From Negativicutes bacterium (GTDB lineage: Bacteria; Bacillota; Negativicutes; UBA1444), in assembly GCA_963665275.2 (NCBI GenBank), contig CAXXIN010000018.1, positions 1 through 64,000 of the forward strand: a stretch of DNA of 64,000 nt, written 5' to 3'. The translations under genes and the position numbers were made by a program. Shown in pieces: positions 57,424 to 64,000 of this stretch. The notes below the pieces were generated by a model. That model was not told where the DNA came from. It did no database searches and was given only the letters and a program-made list of their open reading frames with translations. How positions within the stretch are numbered: position 1 is the stretch's first letter; each line of letters starts with the position of its first letter.

Positions 57424-57454
57424 AATCTTCGTGCGAATGCACGGAGGTTTTTTT
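57424..57454 (+). terminator. Intrinsic terminator
   Basis: aatcttcgtgc-gaat-gcacggaggttttttt. Confidence 0.75.
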
Positions 57455-57518
57455 GACACAATTTTTACGTTGCGACAACAATCTTTGACGATTTTTTTAC
57501 TATTGCAGGTGCTAGTAT
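57453..57518 (+). promoter_or_regulatory. Four TT(G/T)AC direct repeats plus extended -10 (putative KdpE-activated promoter) upstream of kimA
   Basis: Repeats start at 57453, 57464, 57485 and 57496; TGnTAGTAT -10 at 57513. Confidence 0.65.
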
Positions 57519-57562
57519 CATGATGGATCAGGAATCGATTTGAATATGCGGAGGCGAAGCAC

Positions 57563-59461
57563 TTGTCATCAACCATTGTCCACCCCGCACCGGAAAGTTT
57601 GTGGGGTAAGTTATCCCGGCTGCTGTTGGGCAGGGCCCTGCGGAATGATCAACTGGCGGAAGAGAAATTCACCACATTCTGGGGATTGCCTATCCTGTCC
57701 AGTGACCCGATTTCTTCGGTCGCTTACGCCAGCGAAGAAATTTTGTATGTGTTGATTCCTGTAATCGGACTTTTGGCATACACGCAGATGTTCCATATCG
57801 CATTGGCAATCGTTGCGCTATTGTTCATACTCGTATTTTCTTACCGACAGACCATTGATGCGTATCCGTGCGGCGGCGGTTCCTATATAGTGGCCCATGA
57901 CAATCTCGGCGAGATCCCAGGGCTTACCGCTGCGGCAACCTTATCCATCGACTATATTCTGACCGTTGCCGTCAGTGTGGCTGCCGGAACTGCAGCCATT
58001 ACTTCCGCCATTCCCGAATTGCTTGTCCATCGTGTGCCTATTGCGCTGTTCTTCATATTGATCCTGACTATGGGCAATCTGCGGGGAATCAAGGACTCAT
58101 CCCGCATGTTCGGCTTACCGACGTATGCGTTCATTGTTTCCATGCTGATCATGATCGTTTATGGGATTTACAAGGTTCATGTCGGCGGGTTCATTCCGCA
58201 AGCAGTGCCACAGATGCCGGTTGTGGCGGGTGAGATTACGCTTTTCCTAATTTTACGGGCCTTTGCTGCCGGTTGTACCGCGCTGACAGGTGTGGAAGCG
58301 GTTAGCAATGCGATTCCCAATTTCAAACAACCGTGCCAGGCTAAAGCGAAAAGTGTACTGGCTTGGTTATCATTGATCGTTCTGATAATTTTTGGCGGTA
58401 CTTCATATCTGGCGACACTCTACCATGCGTTGCCCAATCCAGACTCCACTGTGGTTGCACAGATTGCCGGGCAAGTCTTCGGCGACAGTCCCATGTACTA
58501 CATCGTTCAGTTCACGACGGCCCTCATCCTGGTCATGGCTGCCAACACGGCTTATACCGACTTTCCCCTGCTGATGTCGCTACTGGCGAAAGACAGCTAT
58601 GTGCCGCGCCAGTTCGCACATCGCGGCGGCCGGCTGAATTTTTCCAACGGCATTGATTTTCTCGGATTAGCCGCTGCGGTTCTGGTCATTGTTTTTGACG
58701 GGGAAACCCACCTTTTGCTGCCTTTGTATGCTGTGGGAGTGTTTGCCTCTTTCACATTATCCCAGTCCGGCATGTGGTGGCGATGGGTGAAAAACAAAAC
58801 CCCGGGATGGAAACATAAGGCTGCGATCAACGGTTTCGGCGCCGTGGTCACCTTTGTTACGGTACTGATTATCGGCGCAACGAAATTTATGTCAGGTGCC
58901 TGGATCGTATGTCTGCTGGTACCCATATTCATTTATGGCATGCTGAAGGTGAAATCTCATTATGCCATGGTTGCCGAACAACTCAGCCTGCCTCTCAGCG
59001 AAAAGGCTGCCGAGCTCGCCGGCAACGAGAAGCAAGAAAAACACATTATTATTCCCTTGGCCTCCCTCAATCGGGCCTCGTTCAAAGCATTGTGGTATGC
59101 CAAGCGGCTGGCGGGTTATAGTAGCATTCGCGCGTTCCATGTGGCCGTGGACGAGGAAGCAGCCGTAAAATTGCGTCAAAAATGGACGGATTTCAATCTG
59201 GAGATCCCGCTGATTATCAGAGTGTCACCTTATCGGGACACGATCGCGCCGCTACTTGACTATGTTCGCGATGAAGAGCGGACATTTGGGCAAGGCGACT
59301 TGATTGCCGTTGTAATTCCGCAATTTGTCGTGCAGAAATGGTGGCATAACTTGCTGCACAACCAGACCAGTTATTTCATACGCAGCCGATTGATGAAGGA
59401 TCCCCGGATTGCGATCGTCACCGTGCCGTACCCCTTACGCGAGAATAAATCAACCCAATAA
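57563..59461 (+). CDS. kimA: APC/KUP-family K+ transporter, KimA (YdaO)-like
   Basis: LLLGRAL, SSDPISSVAYASEE, SYRQTI.AYP.GGGSY, TGVEAVSN, LYAVGVF and C-terminal SPYR..LLHNQ domain. Confidence 0.88.
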   Translation: MSSTIVHPAPESLWGKLSRLLLGRALRNDQLAEEKFTTFWGLPILSSDPISSVAYASEEILYVLIPVIGLLAYTQMFHIALAIVALLFILVFSYRQTIDAYPCGGGSYIVAHDNLGEIPGLTAAATLSIDYILTVAVSVAAGTAAITSAIPELLVHRVPIALFFILILTMGNLRGIKDSSRMFGLPTYAFIVSMLIMIVYGIYKVHVGGFIPQAVPQMPVVAGEITLFLILRAFAAGCTALTGVEAVSNAIPNFKQPCQAKAKSVLAWLSLIVLIIFGGTSYLATLYHALPNPDSTVVAQIAGQVFGDSPMYYIVQFTTALILVMAANTAYTDFPLLMSLLAKDSYVPRQFAHRGGRLNFSNGIDFLGLAAAVLVIVFDGETHLLLPLYAVGVFASFTLSQSGMWWRWVKNKTPGWKHKAAINGFGAVVTFVTVLIIGATKFMSGAWIVCLLVPIFIYGMLKVKSHYAMVAEQLSLPLSEKAAELAGNEKQEKHIIIPLASLNRASFKALWYAKRLAGYSSIRAFHVAVDEEAAVKLRQKWTDFNLEIPLIIRVSPYRDTIAPLLDYVRDEERTFGQGDLIAVVIPQFVVQKWWHNLLHNQTSYFIRSRLMKDPRIAIVTVPYPLRENKSTQ

Positions 59462-59471
59462 TCATTGCCCC

Positions 59472-59498
59472 AAAAGGCCGCCTTCGGGTGGCTTTTTT
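59472..59498 (+). terminator. Intrinsic terminator
   Basis: aaaaggccgcc-ttcg-ggtggctttttt. Confidence 0.85.
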
Positions 59499-59514
59499 GC
59501 TTCTTCCAAGAATC

Positions 59515-59580
59515 TTTACAATTTATTGACGTCTATGGGAAATACTTTTACGCTATATTGACGCGCAAGCATGTTACCAT
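59515..59580 (+). promoter_or_regulatory. Four TT(G/T)AC direct repeats plus extended -10 (putative KdpE-activated kdp promoter)
   Basis: Repeats start at 59515, 59526, 59547 and 59558; TGnTACCAT -10 at 59575. Confidence 0.7.
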
Positions 59581-59620
59581 CAATTTGTAAGAAAACCTTT
59601 CAAGGAAGTAGGTGGGAATC

Positions 59621-59719
59621 ATGACAAACTCGGATATTGTTAATTTGGCGGTAGTGATGTTGTTCATTGGCCTTTGCGCCGGATTGTTTTTTTGGCCGTA
59701 CCTGATGCGGTTCAAGTAG
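59621..59719 (+). CDS. 32-aa single-TM peptide upstream of kdpF
   Basis: MTNSDIVNLAVVMLFIGLCAGLFFWPYLMRFK, with AGGTGG RBS. Too short for the ORF track. Confidence 0.6.
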   Translation: MTNSDIVNLAVVMLFIGLCAGLFFWPYLMRFK

Positions 59720-59764
59720 AAATAAATTATGCTGATTTGCCTAAATAATGAGGGGGTAGTAACC

Positions 59765-59851
59765 GTGATTGACTTTTGGGTGGCCGGAATTGTTTTTGGG
59801 TTGCTGTTGATCTATCTTGTGTACGCATTACTGAAACCGGAGGAGTTTTAA
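59765..59851 (+). CDS. kdpF: K+-transporting ATPase subunit F
   Basis: MIDFWVAGIVFGLLLIYLVYALLKPEEF carries the KdpF signature YL.YALL.PE.F. GAGGGGG RBS, GTG start. Confidence 0.92.
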   Translation: MIDFWVAGIVFGLLLIYLVYALLKPEEF

Positions 59852-59852
59852 G

Positions 59853-61559
59853 ATGATAATGGACATAACGGTATTTGCCTTATTTCTGGCGATACTGATT
59901 TTATTGGCCTTGCCATTGGGCAGATACATGGCCAAAGTTTTCACTTTCGAAAAAACGCTGTTCGACCCCGTGTTTTGCCCTATCGAAAAGTTGATTTATC
60001 GGTTGTCTGGGATAAACCCGGACCAAGAAATGAACTGGAAGCAGTATGCAGGCGCCTTGTTACTGTTTAACGCAATCGGAGCCGTTGTGGTATATACCAT
60101 TCAGCTGCAGCAGGGTTGGCTGCCGTTCAATCCCGAAGGGTTGTCCGGCGTGCCTACCTGGCACTCGGCGCTCAATACCGCGGTCAGCTTCATGACCAAT
60201 ACCAATTGGCAGTCCTATTCACCCGAATCAACCATGAGCTATTTTACCCAAATGACCGCGTTGACGGTGCAAAATTTCAAATCGGCGGCCACCGGGATTG
60301 TAGTGGCAATTGCGCTGGTTCGCGGACTTACCCGCAAGACGGCCAGTACCATCGGCAACTTTTGGGCTGATTTGGTCCGGTGCGTCGTTTGGATCTTGAT
60401 CCCGCTATCCATCGTATTTTCCCTCGTTCTGGTTCAGCAGGGCGTCATTCAAAATCTGTCTTCTTATCTGAGCATCAATACACTGGAAGGGGTGGAGCAA
60501 AAGCTGGCCATGGGTCCTGTCGCCTCGCAGGAAGCGATCAAGATGATTGGCACCAACGGCGGCGGTTTCTTCAACGCCAACTCATCCCATCCCTTTGAAA
60601 ACCCAACGCCGTTAACCAATTTTCTGCAAGTTTTGAGCATTTTTCTGATTCCCGGCGCGCTGGTGTTCGCTTTCGGCCATATGTCCCGCGACAAGCGTCA
60701 GGGGTATGCTATCTTTGCAACCATGGCCATCCTGTTTATTATGATGCTGGCGGGAACTTATTTCAGTGAAATGTATGGCAACCCGATATTGGCTGGCATG
60801 GGCGTCAATAGCCCTACGGCCATGGAAGGCAAGGAGGTTCGTTTCGGCATCGGCGGCTCGGCCCTCTTTGCCACGGTAACGACAGCCGCTTCTTGCGGCG
60901 CGGTCAATTCCATGCATGACAGCTTCACTCCGTTCGGCGGTTTCTTTCCGCTACTGCAGATGAAACTGGGTGAAATCATTTTTGGCGGCGTCGGCGCCGG
61001 GTTTTACGGCATGATGATGTTCGTCGTTCTTACGGTGTTCATCGTCGGATTGATGGTAGGCAGAACGCCGGAATACCTGGGCAAGAAGGTGGAGGCCTGG
61101 GAAACGAAAATGGCGACTTTGGCCATTTTGGCCCCATCGGTTGTCATGCTTACCGGTAGTGCCATAGCCGCCGTGATTGAGCCGGGCACTTCAGCCCTGG
61201 CAAACGCAGGTCCGCATGGCCTGACAGAAATCGTTTACGCCTTTGACTCCGCCGCCGCCAATAATGGCAGCGCTTTTGCCGGACTCGGCGCCAACACTCT
61301 TTTCTATAATGTTGCCTTGGCTATCAATATGGTCGTTGGCAGGTTCGGCGTGATCATTCCGGTACTGGCCATTGCCGGCAGTATGGCGGAAAAGAAAACT
61401 TCTCCTCCCGGCCTCGGAACTTTTCCGACCACCGGCGGGCTGTTTGTAGTGATTCTTGCGGGTGTGGTAATCATCGTTGGCGCGCTGACCTTCCTGCCGA
61501 TACTTACATTGGGACCTGTGGTGGAGCACTTGCTTATGCTGCAGGGACAAATGTTTTAA
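59853..61559 (+). CDS. kdpA: K+-transporting ATPase subunit A
   Basis: Selectivity-filter motifs TNTNWQ, TNGGGFF, SCGAV and NNGSAF. Confidence 0.96.
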   Translation: MIMDITVFALFLAILILLALPLGRYMAKVFTFEKTLFDPVFCPIEKLIYRLSGINPDQEMNWKQYAGALLLFNAIGAVVVYTIQLQQGWLPFNPEGLSGVPTWHSALNTAVSFMTNTNWQSYSPESTMSYFTQMTALTVQNFKSAATGIVVAIALVRGLTRKTASTIGNFWADLVRCVVWILIPLSIVFSLVLVQQGVIQNLSSYLSINTLEGVEQKLAMGPVASQEAIKMIGTNGGGFFNANSSHPFENPTPLTNFLQVLSIFLIPGALVFAFGHMSRDKRQGYAIFATMAILFIMMLAGTYFSEMYGNPILAGMGVNSPTAMEGKEVRFGIGGSALFATVTTAASCGAVNSMHDSFTPFGGFFPLLQMKLGEIIFGGVGAGFYGMMMFVVLTVFIVGLMVGRTPEYLGKKVEAWETKMATLAILAPSVVMLTGSAIAAVIEPGTSALANAGPHGLTEIVYAFDSAAANNGSAFAGLGANTLFYNVALAINMVVGRFGVIIPVLAIAGSMAEKKTSPPGLGTFPTTGGLFVVILAGVVIIVGALTFLPILTLGPVVEHLLMLQGQMF

Positions 61560-61578
61560 AAAGGAGCGAGTGATTATA

Positions 61579-63609
61579 ATGAATGCCCGAAGCAGTTTTA
61601 ACAAGGAGATTCTCATGGGGGCAATCCTCGACTCCTGCAAAAAATTACATCCCCGTACCCAGTGGCGTAACCCGGTGATGTTCATCGTGTATATCGGCGC
61701 CATGCTGACAACCTGGTTTATGATTCGGGATATCGCGGTAGGTGATACCCACTCCGTATTCTTTTCGCTACAGATTGCATTGTGGCTCTGGTTCACGGTT
61801 CTTTTCGCCAACTTTGCCGAGGCTGTGGCCGAAGGCAGGGGCAAAGCCCAGGCCAACTCCCTGCGTAACGCGCGCAGCCAGACCAAGGCGAAAAAGATTG
61901 TCGGCGACGGGACCAAGCTGGTTGATGCCGCCGAACTGCGCAAAGGCGATGTAGTGTTGGTGGCGGCGGGCGACTTTATCCCCAGCGATGGGGAAATCAT
62001 AGAGGGCATGGCATCGGTGGATGAAAGCGCCGTAACGGGTGAGTCGGCCCCGGTTATCCGCGAATCCGGCGGCGACAGGTCCTCGGTTACCGGCGGCACC
62101 AGGGTGCTGTCCGACTGGATCAAAATCCGCATCATGTCCAATCCGGGCGAGACTTTTCTGGATCGGATGATCTCCTTGGTTGAGGGCGCCAAACGGCAGA
62201 AAACGCCGAACGAAATCGCGTTGACCATTTTGTTGGTCGGGTTGACTATTATCTTTATGTTCGCGGTGGCAACGATCGAACCTTTCGCCATCTATTCGGG
62301 GATGGAAGTGTCCATAACGGTTCTGGTTGCATTATTGGTTTGCCTGATTCCAACTACGATCGGCGGGTTGCTCAGCGCCATTGGAATCGCCGGTATGGAT
62401 CGGCTCCTGAAGCGCAATGTGCTGGCTATGTCGGGGCGGGCAGTGGAAGCCGCCGGCGATGTCGACGTTCTTTTGCTCGACAAAACAGGAACAATCACCC
62501 TTGGCAATAGGATGGCGACGGATTTTATTCCGGCGCCGGGCGTCAGCGAAGAGCAATTGGCAGACTTGGCCCAGCTTTCTTCCTTTGCCGACGAGACGCC
62601 GGAAGGGCGAAGCATTGTTATCCTTGCGAAGGCTAAGTTTAACCTGCGCGAAAGAGAGCTGGAGACGCTGGAAGCCGAGTTCGTCCCCTTTACCGCCAAA
62701 ACCCGCATGAGCGGAGTGAACTTCAAAGGACGGGAGATCCGCAAAGGCTCGATTGATGCGATTAAAAAATATATCCACGAGCAGAGCGGTGAGTTTCCCG
62801 ATTTTATAAACAAAGCCTGCGAAACCATCGCCAAGAGCGGCGGCACTCCGCTGGTAGTGGCCGAGGGAAACCGCGTCATCGGCGCAATCCATCTGAAAGA
62901 TATTGTCAAAGGCGGAATCAAGGAACGGTTCCGGGATCTGCGGCAGATGGGAATCAGAACGGTGATGATCACCGGCGACAATCCTCTTACCGCGGCATCC
63001 ATCGCCGCAGAGGCGGGAGTCGATGATTTCCTGGCCGAAGCGACGCCGGAGCAAAAACTGCATTTAATCAAGGAATATCAGGAAAGCGGAATGTTGGTGG
63101 CCATGACCGGTGACGGCACCAACGACGCGCCGGCGCTCGCCCAGGCCGATGTCGGCGTGGCGATGAACAGCGGCACTCAGGCGGCGAAAGAGGCCGGCAA
63201 TATGGTCGACCTTGACAGCAATCCAACCAAGCTGCTTGAAATAGTGGAAATCGGCAAACAACTTTTGATTACCCGGGGATCGTTGACGACTTTCAGTGTG
63301 GCGAATGACGTGGCCAAATATTTTGCCATCATTCCGGCCATGTTTGCAGGGACTTTCCCGGTATTGAACGCCTTCAATATTATGAAGCTGGCTACGCCGG
63401 AGAGCGCCATCCTAAGCGCGGTGATCTTCAACGCGCTGATCATTATCGCTCTTGTCCCACTGGCGCTGCGGGGAGTGCAGTACCGGCCGGTAGGAGCGGA
63501 GACTCTCCTGCGACGCAACATACTGATCTATGGCCTCGGCGGAATCATCGCCCCCTTCATCGGCATCAAAATTATTGACCTTGCTTTGGTGGCGTTGAAG
63601 CTGGTCTGA
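61579..63609 (+). CDS. kdpB: K+-transporting ATPase subunit B (P-type ATPase)
   Basis: NPVMF, TGES, CLIPTTI, DKTGT, KGS, TGDN and GDGTNDAP. Alternative GTG start at 61570. Confidence 0.96.
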   Translation: MNARSSFNKEILMGAILDSCKKLHPRTQWRNPVMFIVYIGAMLTTWFMIRDIAVGDTHSVFFSLQIALWLWFTVLFANFAEAVAEGRGKAQANSLRNARSQTKAKKIVGDGTKLVDAAELRKGDVVLVAAGDFIPSDGEIIEGMASVDESAVTGESAPVIRESGGDRSSVTGGTRVLSDWIKIRIMSNPGETFLDRMISLVEGAKRQKTPNEIALTILLVGLTIIFMFAVATIEPFAIYSGMEVSITVLVALLVCLIPTTIGGLLSAIGIAGMDRLLKRNVLAMSGRAVEAAGDVDVLLLDKTGTITLGNRMATDFIPAPGVSEEQLADLAQLSSFADETPEGRSIVILAKAKFNLRERELETLEAEFVPFTAKTRMSGVNFKGREIRKGSIDAIKKYIHEQSGEFPDFINKACETIAKSGGTPLVVAEGNRVIGAIHLKDIVKGGIKERFRDLRQMGIRTVMITGDNPLTAASIAAEAGVDDFLAEATPEQKLHLIKEYQESGMLVAMTGDGTNDAPALAQADVGVAMNSGTQAAKEAGNMVDLDSNPTKLLEIVEIGKQLLITRGSLTTFSVANDVAKYFAIIPAMFAGTFPVLNAFNIMKLATPESAILSAVIFNALIIIALVPLALRGVQYRPVGAETLLRRNILIYGLGGIIAPFIGIKIIDLALVALKLV

Positions 63610-63654
63610 ACCCCATAGGACAAACAGGATAGAACGAAAGGAAGTCGATTACTA

Positions 63655-64000
63655 ATGTTGCGGCAGATAATGAATACAGTGCGAATATTCGTCGTTCTGA
63701 CGGTTATTTGCGGATTAATATACCCTTTGTTGATGACCGGACTGGCTCAGACGGTGTTTCCGTTCCAGGCCAACGGGTCAATCGTAATTCGTAATAATGA
63801 GCCGGTAGGTTCTAGGCTCATTGGACAAAGCTTTTCCAGCGCCGGTTATTTCCATGGACGACCGTCGGCGGCGGGAGAAAAAGGCTATGATGCAACCAGT
63901 TCGAGCGGTTCGAACCTTGGGCCGACCAGCAAGAAACTGATGGATACGGTAGCAGGCAATTTGAAACAGGTTCGCGAAGACAATAATCTTAACGAAACTG
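63655..64000 (+). CDS. kdpC: K+-transporting ATPase subunit C, 3'-truncated by window edge
   Basis: MLRQIM..GLIYPLLMTGLAQTVFPFQANGS..GSRLIGQ.F....YFHGRPS..SSGSNLGP. Confidence 0.95.
   Translation, partial: MLRQIMNTVRIFVVLTVICGLIYPLLMTGLAQTVFPFQANGSIVIRNNEPVGSRLIGQSFSSAGYFHGRPSAAGEKGYDATSSSGSNLGPTSKKLMDTVAGNLKQVREDNNLNET

Noticed and set aside
57391-57563. c-di-AMP (ydaO) riboswitch expected upstream of kimA
   Set aside because: No matching structure seen, and the space is occupied by a terminator and the direct-repeat promoter.
61191-63071. Long minus-strand ORFs (366, 259 and 243 aa) opposite kdpA/kdpB
   Set aside because: Antisense shadows of highly conserved genes; no RBS or domain motifs.
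1-64000. Mobile elements, prophage, rRNA and tRNA
   Set aside because: No transposase, integrase or phage structural genes and no RNA-gene signatures seen by eye; a tRNAscan/Infernal run would be needed to exclude small RNAs.

Overview
Gene-dense chromosomal window from a diderm Firmicute. The SLH-anchored OmpM-type porin, outer-membrane barrels and RND pumps sit alongside a PyrR attenuator and sigma-A promoters, which points to Negativicutes, probably Sporomusaceae-like. I saw no rRNA, tRNA, CRISPR array, transposase or integrase. Contents: OmpM porin (5'-truncated); two RND efflux modules; lipase, AspT-type antiporter and AsmA-like genes; a DUF2092 plus Asn/Val-repeat secreted pair; a terminator-bounded 10-kb operon of mostly exported hydrolases (2x DUF3089, 2x Tat-exported TIGR03768-type metallophosphoesterase, SphA/MetA-type barrel, HAD phosphatase, C69 Ntn-hydrolase) with an unusual REC-GrlR-like regulator; CheY-CheX/CheX, CheV and an MCP; two USPs; pyrC-MFS followed by PyrR-attenuated pyrK-pyrD-pyrF; an M20/DUF3100 cluster; a PocR-PAS-GAF-PAS-PP2C-HATPase sensor; MarR and acyl-CoA dehydrogenase; Fur-boxed feoAB; a standalone HEPN-like gene behind a putative ANTAR-type attenuator; an amidase; kimA and kdpFAB(C), which share an identically spaced four-repeat operator. 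Several apparent gene remnants are also present. The best candidate for an undescribed system is the 13041-23073 exported-hydrolase operon. All family assignments come from motif recognition by eye, not from database searches.
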